Below, piece after piece: positions 16,935 through 24,895 of a stretch of DNA of 64,000 nucleotides (within the stretch, counting starts at the first letter, position 1; the number at the start of each line of letters is the position of its first letter). Source of the DNA: Gaiellaceae bacterium (GTDB lineage Bacteria > Actinomycetota > Thermoleophilia > Gaiellales > Gaiellaceae). The stretch lies in the NCBI GenBank assembly GCA_035279325.1, contig DATEHY010000050.1, forward strand, positions 11,363 to 75,362. Reading direction: 5' to 3'. A program made the translations under genes and the position numbers. The notes beneath the pieces were generated by a model. The model searched no databases. It saw nothing but the letters and a program-made list of their open reading frames with translations, and was not told the origin of the DNA.

Positions 16935-17177
16935 ATGCGCACGCTTGAAGAGATCCACACCGAGATCGAGCTCCTGAGCGAAGAGCGGACGGAGCTCTGG
17001 CACAAGCTCTCCGATCGGCACGATCCAGAGGTGCGGGGCGAGATCCACGCGATCGACGCCCAGCTGGACGCCCTCTGGGACGAGCACCGTGCGGTTCGAG
17101 CCCGCCTGCGCTTCGGCGACCGCGAGAAGATCGTCGCCCGCGCGCGGGTCGAGGAACGGCTCGAGCGCGCGGCCTGA
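16935..17177 (+). CDS. DUF2630-family small protein
   Basis: MRTLEEIHTEIELLSEERTELWHKLSDRHDPEVRGEIHAIDAQLDALWDEHRAVRARLRFGD matches the DUF2630 pattern. I prefer the ATG at 16935 because the track start at 16902 lies inside the hairpin. Confidence 0.7.
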   Translation: MRTLEEIHTEIELLSEERTELWHKLSDRHDPEVRGEIHAIDAQLDALWDEHRAVRARLRFGDREKIVARARVEERLERAA

Positions 17178-17198
17178 GCTGCAGGCCCAATCCACCTT

Positions 17199-17204
17199 TA
17201 CACT
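17199..17204 (+). promoter_or_regulatory. Candidate -10 box TACACT, 10 nt upstream of tRNA-Ala(UGC)
   Basis: The sequence reads ccaccttTACACTggctccgctcGGGGCG. The same hexamer precedes the second tRNA-Ala. Confidence 0.4.
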
Positions 17205-17214
17205 GGCTCCGCTC

Positions 17215-17287
17215 GGGGCGTTAGCTCAGCTGGGAGAGCGCCGGCTTTGCAAGCCGGAGGTCACCGGTTCGATCCCGGTACGCTCCA
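17215..17287 (+). tRNA. tRNA-Ala, anticodon TGC
   Basis: GGGGCGTTAGCTCAGCTGGGAGAGCGCCGGCTTTGCAAGCCGGAGGTCACCGGTTCGATCCCGGTACGCTCCA folds by hand into a cloverleaf. It has the G3:U70 Ala identity pair and the anticodon loop TTTGCAA. The CCA end is not encoded. Confidence 0.95.
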
Positions 17288-18641
17288 TCGTCGTCGTCGC
17301 CCGTCCGCGGAAGGGCGGCCTCGCCTCCGGAAGCGAGAGCCAGACGTCCGCGCCCCCGCTCGCACGGTTGGCGGCCCCGGCGACTCCGTCGTGGGCGTGC
17401 GCGACGACCTCGACGATCGACAGCCCGAGCCCCGAGCCGCCACCGCTTCTCGCCTCGTCGGCACGACTGAAGCGGTCGAAAGCGCGAGCCTGGAACCCCG
17501 GCGGGAAGCCCGGGCCCGCGTCGCCGACGTGAAGCTCGACGAGCCCGTCCCGCTCGACCGCCTCGAGCTCGATCGTGCCGCTGCCGTGGGTCAGGGCGTT
17601 GTCGACGAGATTCACCAGAGCCTGGGCGACCCGCAGCGGGTCGGCGTCGACGCGGAGCTCGGTCTCCACGACCCGAAGCTCTCGCCCGAGCGAGTTCGCC
17701 CGGTTCTCGAACCGGCTCGCGGCATCGACCAGGAGGTCCTTCGCCGCGACGACCTCTCGGCGGATCGGCAGCGGCCCCTGGTCCGCGCGAGCGATGAGGA
17801 GCAGATCGTCGGCGAGCCGAGAGAGACGCTGAGCGTCGTCGGCGGCCGAGCGCAGGGCGCGTTCGAGCTCCTCGCGGGACCGCGGGCGGCGCAGCGCGAG
17901 GTCGAGCTCGGTACGGAGCAGTGCGAGCGGGGTCCTGAGCTCGTGGCTCGCGTCGGCGACGAAGCGCCGCTCGTGCTCGACTGCCGCCTGCAGGCGGTCG
18001 AGCATCTCGTTCAGGGTCTGCGCCAGCCGGGACACCTCGTCTCGCGCAGGCGGCACGGGCAGGCGGCTCGGCTCGCCCGCCTTCACGGCACCGGCTTGCC
18101 TCCGCAGGAGCTCGACCGGCCTCAGAGCCCGTGCCGTGAGCGCGTACCCGCCGAGCGACGCGGCGAGCAACGCGAGCGGCAGGAAGAGCAGGAGCTCGTG
18201 GCGCAGATGATCGAGCGACTCGTCCCGGGAATCCAGCGAGCGTGCGAGCACGGCGACGCCCTGTCCCGAGGGAAGAGCCGCGACGAGGACGCGCCACCTG
18301 CCGGTGTGGTACCGGATCGGTTCGTCCAGCCAGACCCGTCCACCGGCGAAGGCCTGCACGACGACCCGGTGCCCGACGAGCGGTGGCAGGTGCGGAGGTT
18401 GCGAACGGCGGAGCTCCCCGCGGGGCGAGAACGACTGCGCGAGGGTGGGGCCGCTGCCCGTGTCGGTGTCGACGTTGCCCGTGCGGATCTCGTCGACCTG
18501 CCCGAGGAGCGTCTGATCGACCGTTCCGAGCAGCTCGTTGGCGACGCGCTGGTAGACGAAGATCCCGATCGCCGCCAGCACGACCGCCATCGCCCCGGCG
18601 AAGCCCAGCGTGAGGCGGACGCGGATCGGAACCCTGCTCAC
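17226..18641 (-). CDS. Sensor histidine kinase (TM-HAMP-HisKA-HATPase)
   Basis: H-box FVADASHELRTPLALL, N-box VNLVDNALTHG, and G-boxes GDAGPGFP and GSGLGLSIV. The GTG start forms a GTGA overlap with the regulator's stop. The ORF only reaches a stop inside the antisense strand of tRNA-Ala. Confidence 0.88.
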   Translation of the reverse strand: MSRVPIRVRLTLGFAGAMAVVLAAIGIFVYQRVANELLGTVDQTLLGQVDEIRTGNVDTDTGSGPTLAQSFSPRGELRRSQPPHLPPLVGHRVVVQAFAGGRVWLDEPIRYHTGRWRVLVAALPSGQGVAVLARSLDSRDESLDHLRHELLLFLPLALLAASLGGYALTARALRPVELLRRQAGAVKAGEPSRLPVPPARDEVSRLAQTLNEMLDRLQAAVEHERRFVADASHELRTPLALLRTELDLALRRPRSREELERALRSAADDAQRLSRLADDLLLIARADQGPLPIRREVVAAKDLLVDAASRFENRANSLGRELRVVETELRVDADPLRVAQALVNLVDNALTHGSGTIELEAVERDGLVELHVGDAGPGFPPGFQARAFDRFSRADEARSGGGSGLGLSIVEVVAHAHDGVAGAANRASGGADVWLSLPEARPPFRGRATTTMERTGIEPVTSGLQSRRSPS

Positions 18642-19312
18642 GGCTCGGCGCAGAGTCGATAGCCGACGCCGCGGATCGTCTCGATCGAGTGGCGGCCGAA
18701 CGGGCGGTCGATCTTCTCCCGCAGGTAGCGGACGTAGACGTCGATGACGTTCGAGCGGCTTTCGAACGCCATGTCCCAGGCGCCGTCGAGGAGCTGCGTG
18801 CGGCTGAGCGTCACGCCGGGCCGTCGCATGAAGAGCTCGAGGAGAGCGAACTCCTTCGCCGAGAGGTCGAGCTCCCGCTCGCCGCGCCAGGCCCGATGCG
18901 CAGCCGGATCCAGCCGCAGATCGCCGATCTCGAGCACCGGCGGTCGCTCGGCGGGAGCGCGGCGAGTCAGGGCTCGGATCCGCGCGAGGAGCTCCTCGAA
19001 GGCGAAGGGCTTCGTGAGGTAGTCGTCCGCCCCGACGTCCAGCCCGCGCACCCGGTCGTCGACCGCATCGCGCGCCGTGAGCATGAGCACCGGGACCCAG
19101 ATGCCGTCGGCGCGCAGCCGGCGGCAGATCTCGAATCCGTCCGCTCCCGGCAGCATCACGTCGAGCACGATCACGTCGTAGGAGACGGCCTGGACCATCC
19201 ACAGCGCCTCCTCGCCCCGGTCGGCGAGGTCCGCCGCGTAGCCCTCCTCGTCGAGGCCGCGGCGGAGGAGCTCGCCGAGCTTCCGCTCGTCCTCGACCAC
19301 GAGAACGCGCAT
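18638..19312 (-). CDS. OmpR/PhoB-family response regulator
   Basis: MRVLVVEDE...VIVLDVMLPGADG...LTARD...DDYLTKPF, followed by a winged-helix C-terminal domain (IETIRGVGYRL). Confidence 0.93.
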   Translation of the reverse strand: MRVLVVEDERKLGELLRRGLDEEGYAADLADRGEEALWMVQAVSYDVIVLDVMLPGADGFEICRRLRADGIWVPVLMLTARDAVDDRVRGLDVGADDYLTKPFAFEELLARIRALTRRAPAERPPVLEIGDLRLDPAAHRAWRGERELDLSAKEFALLELFMRRPGVTLSRTQLLDGAWDMAFESRSNVIDVYVRYLREKIDRPFGRHSIETIRGVGYRLCAEP

Positions 19313-19315
19313 CGA

Positions 19316-21301
19316 TCAGCCTGTCGTCGGGTGCGTCGGCGTCGTGCCGCCCGGGGCGAGGAGGTCGAAGCCGTCCGGAGTGTTCAGGAGTCCCGGCGTG
19401 GTGCCCGGGTGCCCGGTCACGCCGTACTGCCAGACGAGGGCCTTGGTGGTCGGGTCGATCGCGACCATCCGGTCGTTGTAGTCGTCGTTGATCATGAAGA
19501 CGCCGGACGGGAGGCGCTCGGCGAGGGACGGATGGTCGAGCTCACCGGGCCCGCTCGCGGGCTGGTAGCGATACTCGATCCGCCCTCGCCGGTCGAACTC
19601 GACGATCGCACCGGGGCGTTCGTAGTCGGCGACGAGGTAGCGGTCCGGGCCGAGCTGCTGCGGGTCGGACGGATACCCGATGGCGAGGTGCGTGCTCCAG
19701 ATGGGCCGGCCCGACGGCGTGAGCTCGTCGATCCAGCTGCCGTTGATCTCGGAGACGAGCAGGTTCCCATCCTGCAGGGGCGTGTCGCCGTTCGGCGATC
19801 CGAGCGCGTTCGGCGGGTCGTGCTCGCAGCGGCCCGGAGTGCCGATCTGGTGGATGACGCGCTTCGTACGCGGGTCGATCACGAGGACGCGGCAGTTCAC
19901 GGCGTCCGCGACGCTCATCTCGCCGTTGTGGAGGAGATAGGTGTCGTCGGGCGTGTTGAGGTATCCCTTCGCGCTTCCCGGCTGGCGCGGGTGTCCGTAC
20001 TGGAAGACGATGCGTCCCGAGGGGAACGCGATCTCGACGATCGTGTCGTTGTCCTCCTGGTTGGAGACGATCGCCGTCCCGTGCCGGATGAAGAAGGCGT
20101 CGTCCGGGAAGTAGAAGCCGCCGTGCGGCGCCGCTCGACCGGGCCCCGGATAGCGCCAGATGACCTTGTCGCGATCGTCGAGCAGCAGCAGCCGGTCGCT
20201 CCCCCGGTCCGCGATGAGCAGCTTGTCGCCCGCGAACGGCGAGCCCGCGCCCGGATCCCCCGCGCGTCCGAAGCCCGGGTTCGGAACGACCATCTGGACG
20301 GCGCTGCTCGGCCGGCCGCCGTTCGACTCGCCTCCGACGATCCAGAGCCGTCCGTCGCTCACGGTGGAGCCGGCGTTCGCCGTCGCGACGCGCAGCGACC
20401 CGGCCCGCAGGAACGAGTTCCTCTGCGGCACGAACGCGTAGATCGCCTTGGTCGGCCCTCGTGCGGCCCGCCCGCCGGCGAGGTAGATCGTGCCGTCGAG
20501 CACGCCGGCCGCAGCGGCCGAGACCGGAACGGGCAACCGTCCGATGACGTGCGCCGTCCGCTTGGACGGGTCGACGACCTGGACGGCCCCGCTCGGCTTT
20601 CCGTTTGCCGTCTGGCCGCCGAAGACGTAGATCCGCGAGCCGAGCACGGCGAGAGCCGGATAGCGCACGGGAACCCGCAGCGCTGCCACCGGCCGGTACC
20701 GCCGCCCGTCGGTCGTCGCGACCACCTCGGCGTCCATCGCCGACCCGTCGTATCCGCCCACCACGTACGCGGTGTGGCCGATCGTCACGGCCGCCGCATC
20801 GGCACGAGCTCCGCCGAGCGCACCGCTCTCGGCCGTCCGGCCGCCGCTCTGGATCTGCGTCGATCCGGACGGGGCCGTCGTGCCGCCGCCGATCACGAGC
20901 AGCCGCGACCCGAGCGCCGCGCCGGCCGCGTCGTGCGTCGCCTTGAGAAGCGCGCCGTGCGGCGTGAGCGCGCCGTTTCTCGTGTCGAGAACGTCGACGA
21001 CGCTGCTGGATACGCCCCCGGACGTCAGGCCGCCGAGCACGACAAGCTCGTGCCGGGTTCCGACGCGCGGCAGGACGGACTCGCGGCTGAGCGGCGCGCG
21101 GAGCTGCCAGGGGAGCAGGCCGGCCTCCGCGGCAGGCGGCCGCTGAAGCGGAGCGGCTTTCGCCTTGCGCGCGGGCGGTTGCGAGTGACCGGCGTGGTTG
21201 CCCCGGGCCGCGGCGAGCGCGACTCCTCCGGCCGTCACGATCGCGAGCACGACGACCAGCGCCGCCCGGCGAGCGCGGATGCGTCTCCGCCTTTGCCTCA
21301 T
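19316..21301 (-). CDS. Membrane-anchored or secreted two-propeller protein: an N-terminal Kelch-repeat region and a C-terminal arylsulfotransferase/NHL-like beta-propeller
   Basis: Start MRQRRRRIRARRAALVVVLAIVTAGG (signal anchor). Kelch-like repeats (LVVLGG, LLVIGG, AYVVGGYDG, IYVFGG, IYLAGG, LWIVGG). The C-terminal part has repeated W/Y-rich blades (KVIWRY, RIVFQYG, RPIWST, KALVWQYG). The stop is 3 nt before the regulator's start. Confidence 0.65.
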   Translation of the reverse strand: MRQRRRRIRARRAALVVVLAIVTAGGVALAAARGNHAGHSQPPARKAKAAPLQRPPAAEAGLLPWQLRAPLSRESVLPRVGTRHELVVLGGLTSGGVSSSVVDVLDTRNGALTPHGALLKATHDAAGAALGSRLLVIGGGTTAPSGSTQIQSGGRTAESGALGGARADAAAVTIGHTAYVVGGYDGSAMDAEVVATTDGRRYRPVAALRVPVRYPALAVLGSRIYVFGGQTANGKPSGAVQVVDPSKRTAHVIGRLPVPVSAAAAGVLDGTIYLAGGRAARGPTKAIYAFVPQRNSFLRAGSLRVATANAGSTVSDGRLWIVGGESNGGRPSSAVQMVVPNPGFGRAGDPGAGSPFAGDKLLIADRGSDRLLLLDDRDKVIWRYPGPGRAAPHGGFYFPDDAFFIRHGTAIVSNQEDNDTIVEIAFPSGRIVFQYGHPRQPGSAKGYLNTPDDTYLLHNGEMSVADAVNCRVLVIDPRTKRVIHQIGTPGRCEHDPPNALGSPNGDTPLQDGNLLVSEINGSWIDELTPSGRPIWSTHLAIGYPSDPQQLGPDRYLVADYERPGAIVEFDRRGRIEYRYQPASGPGELDHPSLAERLPSGVFMINDDYNDRMVAIDPTTKALVWQYGVTGHPGTTPGLLNTPDGFDLLAPGGTTPTHPTTG

Positions 21302-21446
21302 GCGGGGAGAAGGTTGCCGGTCCGGCACGCCGGTAGTCCAGCAGGCGTCCGTGAGAACCGTCTGAAGACGGCGCCGTCCGATCCTCGGGCGGCTCCCAGC
21401 CGCCTCACATGGACCTCTCATCGCGGGCGGGCACCCTGCGCCCGAA

Positions 21447-21701
21447 ATGGGCAACTCCCGCATTCAGCCGGCGCGCGCACGGGCCCGGACCGCCAAGAGG
21501 GCGATCGGATTGCTGACGGCCGTCGTCTTCGGCGTGGCCTTCGTCGGCGCGAAGACGCATGCCCCGGGACATACGAAGGGGAAGGCGAAGTCTCTCGGCG
21601 CTCCCTCCTCCTTCGAGCGCGCTGTGCGCCGCAGCGCGGCGCAGGGCGGGCAGATCGCGCCGGCGGTGCAGCCTCCCCCGGTCGCAAGCTCGACGTCGTG
21701 A
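21447..21701 (+). CDS. Small membrane-anchored protein (84 aa)
   Basis: One TM segment, AIGLLTAVVFGVAFVGA. Its stop overlaps the ApbE GTG start as GTGA, which suggests translational coupling. Confidence 0.45.
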   Translation: MGNSRIQPARARARTAKRAIGLLTAVVFGVAFVGAKTHAPGHTKGKAKSLGAPSSFERAVRRSAAQGGQIAPAVQPPPVASSTS

Positions 21702-22447
21702 GCGGCGCGGACGTGCGGCGGTTCCGGGCCATGGGCTGCGACGTCACGATCACCGGCGGCTCGCAGGCGGCGGTCGCCGGCGCGCTCGAGCGCTGGGAGG
21801 AGACCTTCAGCCTCTACCGGCCGCACTCGGAGCTCTGCCGCGTCAATGCGTCGCCGGCGCGGGTGCTGCGGATCTCGAGGCTCTTCGCGGACGCACTGGA
21901 GACCGCACTCGACGTCGCGTCCGACACGGACGGCCTCGTCGACCCGACGCTCTGCGGCCGCTGGACGGAGGTCGCCGTCGCGGGACGGCTGCTCTCCCGC
22001 TCGCCGGGGCTCGCTCTCGACCTGAACGGCGTGGTCAAGGCGCTGGCCGTCGACGACGCCGTCGCGGAGCTCGACGGCCCGGGCTTCGTATGCGTCGGCG
22101 GCGATCTCGCTGTGCGTGGCCCCGTCGACGTCGCGCTTCCTGCCGGCGGAGCCGTTCGCGTCGTCGCCGGCGGCCTGGCGACGAGCGGCACGGCCTCACG
22201 CGGCGCGCATCTCGTCGACGCGAGCACGAGCGTTCCGAGCGACTCTCCCTGGGAGCAGGTGACTGCATCCGGCGCGACCTGCCTCGACGCAGACGTCGCC
22301 GCGAAGGCCGGCTTCCTCCTCGGAATGGACGGGCCCGAATGGCTCGACGCGCGCGGCATCGCGGGTCGCTTCGTCGCGGTCGACGGCGAGACCGTCGAGA
22401 ACGAGACGTGGGCGGCTGCCACCCGGAGCGTTCACGCATGCACCTGA
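21698..22447 (+). CDS. apbE: ApbE-family FAD:protein FMN transferase (short form)
   Basis: FRAMGCDVTI, SELCRVN, DGLVDPT, DLNGVVKALAVD, VGGDLAV and LATSGTASRGAHLVD. It is the last 249 codons of the spurious 1252-aa track ORF 18689..22447. Confidence 0.7.
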   Translation: MSGADVRRFRAMGCDVTITGGSQAAVAGALERWEETFSLYRPHSELCRVNASPARVLRISRLFADALETALDVASDTDGLVDPTLCGRWTEVAVAGRLLSRSPGLALDLNGVVKALAVDDAVAELDGPGFVCVGGDLAVRGPVDVALPAGGAVRVVAGGLATSGTASRGAHLVDASTSVPSDSPWEQVTASGATCLDADVAAKAGFLLGMDGPEWLDARGIAGRFVAVDGETVENETWAAATRSVHACT

Positions 22448-23403
22448 GCTCGAGCCCCGCGATCTGGTACGCCGCACGTGCCTCCGGCGTCGCGGCCTAC
22501 GTCGTGCTCAGCCTCGTCGTCTCGCTCGGCCTGGCACTCGGAGGCAAGGCGCAGAATCGGCGCTGGCCGCGTTTCTCCGTGGAGGAGATCCACCGGTTCG
22601 GCGGGCTCCTCGTCGGCTCCCTCATCGGCGTCCACGTGCTCGCGATCGCGGTCGACTCGTTCCTGCCCTTCTCCGTCGTCCAGCTGGTCGTTCCGTTCAC
22701 CTCGAGCTACCGGCCGCTCTGGACGGGCCTCGGCGTCGCCGCCGCCGAGCTCCTGCTCGCCCTCGCGATCACGAACCACTACCGGCGGCGGCTGCCGCAT
22801 CGCTTCTGGCGAACCGCGCACTACCTCAACTTCGCCGTCTGGGCATTCGCGTCGCTGCACGGGCTCATGGCCGGAACCGACCGCGGCGCGGCCTGGCTCG
22901 CGATCCTCTACGGCGTCTCGGTGGCGACCGTTCTCATGCTGCTCCTCTGGCGCTTCGGCCGGCACGCGTTCCGCTCCGCCCGCATCGCGACCGCCGGCGC
23001 GGTGACGGTCGTCGCGCTGCCCCTGCTCATCGTCGGCCCGTTGCGCCACTCCTCGCCGGCCTGGAACGCTGCGAACGTCGACGAGAGCCTCACCGGCAAC
23101 GTCACTCGCAGCGGAACCCGGCTGAAGCAGATCGTCTCCTTCGTCGGCCAGGCCGGCGGCCCCCAGAAGCTCCTCGTACGCGCCGACCTCCTCGTGGCGC
23201 CCCAACGGCTCGAGAGGACCTCCCTCCAGCTCGAATACCTTCCGAGCGGCGACGTCTGCCACGGGCAGGTGACCAGCGTGGGCGGCACGAGCTTCTCCGG
23301 GACGTGTCGGCTCCCGGGCGGCGGTCTGCGGAAGATCGATGCGAGCTGGACGCCGAACGAGGCCGGAACCAGCGTCGACGGCGAGATCCGTCTGAGCGGG
23401 TAG
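22438..23403 (+). CDS. Ferric-reductase-like (bis-haem, 4-His) transmembrane protein with a C-terminal domain of about 120 aa outside the membrane
   Basis: Six TM segments with paired His residues (EEIHRFGG/GVHVLAI and TAHYLNF/SLHGLMAG). The ATG overlaps the apbE stop (ATGCACCTGA). Confidence 0.65.
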   Translation: MHLSSSPAIWYAARASGVAAYVVLSLVVSLGLALGGKAQNRRWPRFSVEEIHRFGGLLVGSLIGVHVLAIAVDSFLPFSVVQLVVPFTSSYRPLWTGLGVAAAELLLALAITNHYRRRLPHRFWRTAHYLNFAVWAFASLHGLMAGTDRGAAWLAILYGVSVATVLMLLLWRFGRHAFRSARIATAGAVTVVALPLLIVGPLRHSSPAWNAANVDESLTGNVTRSGTRLKQIVSFVGQAGGPQKLLVRADLLVAPQRLERTSLQLEYLPSGDVCHGQVTSVGGTSFSGTCRLPGGGLRKIDASWTPNEAGTSVDGEIRLSG

Positions 23404-23422
23404 CCCGGCGGTCGGACGGCGC

Positions 23423-24601
23423 ATGGCGGCGAGAAGCTCGCGGTTCCGGCTGCGGAGGTGGCTACCGATCGTCCTCCTCGTCTGCCTGCTGCCGGCCGTC
23501 GTGTCCTGGACGAGGATGGCCCTGCTCCCTTCGAGCCTGCCCCTCGGCGTGCGCACCGTCGAATGGCTGCGGCTGCACCACTTCAACTGGCTCGTCGACG
23601 ACGCCGAGCACGTCTACTACAGCTGGCAGGCGCCGAAGAAGGGCGGCCCGCAGCTGAAGGCACTACCGGCCGTCGGTCTCGCGGGCAGGGACCGACTCCG
23701 GTCACGCGCCGGCCACGCGAAGCCCTGGCCCGCGCCGATCACGCCCGTCTTCGCCCACCCGTTGCGCGGCGAAGGTGTGTGGAAGCCGACCGGCCCCGCG
23801 ATCGACGGCAAGGCGCCCGTCCTCGTGACGACCTTCCGGACCGAGCGCGACTACCCGCGGATCGTCGCCTACGTCGCCTGGTTCGACCACACGCGCACCG
23901 CGGTCGCGTACTACCCCGGCCGGTACGAGCCTCCGCACGCAAGCCTGCGCGGCCCGGAGGAGATTCCGCACGACCAGCGCTGGCGGCTGCTGGCGACGTT
24001 CAACAGCGGCTTCATCTACCAGGATGGCCTCAACGGCGACGCCCTCAACGGCCATGTGAACGAGCCCCTGCGGCGAGGGCTCGCCACGCTCGTCGCCTAC
24101 AGGAACGGCCGGGTCGACGTCGCGGACTGGACCGGCGGGCCGGCTCCAGGTCCCGCGATCGCCTGGGCACGGCAGAGCCTGCCCCTGATCATCGATCGGG
24201 GACGGCTCAGCCCGAAGCTCGACGACAGCTCTGCGTGGGGGTTCACGCTCGGCAATGCCGTCCGCGTGTGGCGCACCGGAGTCGGAATCGATCGGCGCGG
24301 CAACCTCGTCTACGCCGCCGCCGACTACCAGACGGTCACGACGCTTGCCCGGATCCTCCAGCGCGCCGGCGCGGTGCGCGCGATGGAGCTCGACATCAAT
24401 CCCGAGTGGCCGACCCTGATCACGTACCGGCACCACGGCGATCTGATTCCTACGAGGGTCGTCCCGAACTTCCAACAGCCGGCGACCCGTTACCTCGTCC
24501 CCGACGACCGCGACTTCTTCGCGGTCTACAGACGCCTGCGCGGCGCGGTAGATGTTCCGCTCGGAGGGCGGCCGGCGCTCGGCTCGCAGGCGGGACGTTG
24601 A
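23423..24601 (+). CDS. Phosphodiester glycosidase family protein (DUF2233/NAGPA-like), N-terminally anchored
   Basis: N-terminal TM WLPIVLLVCLLPAVV. LATFNSGF, RTGVGIDRRGNLVYAAAD, AVRAMELD and DFFAVY resemble this family. Confidence 0.65.
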   Translation: MAARSSRFRLRRWLPIVLLVCLLPAVVSWTRMALLPSSLPLGVRTVEWLRLHHFNWLVDDAEHVYYSWQAPKKGGPQLKALPAVGLAGRDRLRSRAGHAKPWPAPITPVFAHPLRGEGVWKPTGPAIDGKAPVLVTTFRTERDYPRIVAYVAWFDHTRTAVAYYPGRYEPPHASLRGPEEIPHDQRWRLLATFNSGFIYQDGLNGDALNGHVNEPLRRGLATLVAYRNGRVDVADWTGGPAPGPAIAWARQSLPLIIDRGRLSPKLDDSSAWGFTLGNAVRVWRTGVGIDRRGNLVYAAADYQTVTTLARILQRAGAVRAMELDINPEWPTLITYRHHGDLIPTRVVPNFQQPATRYLVPDDRDFFAVYRRLRGAVDVPLGGRPALGSQAGR

Positions 24602-24603
24602 TT

Positions 24604-24796
24604 TCATCCGGAAGAGGTTCTCCGGGTCGTACTTCGCCTTGAGCGCGGCGAGACGGTCGGTCTCTTCGTAGCCGGCTCGGGCGAGCGCCTCCTTCTCCTC
24701 GCCGAGCCCCGGGAAGTTGAGGGAGACGGCGCCCAACGAGTGCTGCTCCAGTGCGGCCCAGAGGGTCCTCGCCCCCGACGAAGTCCGGCCGAGCAT
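24604..24796 (-). pseudogene. Remnant of the C-terminal BBE domain of an FAD-linked oxidase
   Basis: The first 64 aa of track ORF 23702..24796 read ...GAVSLNFPGLGEEKEALARAGYEETDRLAALKAKYDPENLFRMK. That is the typical C-terminus of BBE/FAD-oxidases. No FAD-binding N-terminal part exists upstream, where the lactonase gene ends at 24896. Confidence 0.45.
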
Positions 24797-24895
24797 ACGC
24801 CGAACGGGTGGCCGCGGTCCAGCGGCGAGGTGGGCGCGGACGCGATGGCGGCGATCGTTCCGCCGCCGCCATCGCTGTATCCGGCCGCCGGGGCG

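Noticed and set aside
18689-22447. 1252-aa plus-strand ORF
   Set aside because: Only its last 249 codons (from the GTG at 21698) look like a real protein, ApbE. The rest is antisense to the response regulator and the Kelch-propeller gene and is Arg/Asp low-complexity sequence.
17215-24601. Possible genomic island integrated at tRNA-Ala(UGC)
   Set aside because: I noticed no integrase or recombinase, no direct repeat of the tRNA 3' end, and no visible shift in composition. The genes downstream are ordinary signalling and redox genes.
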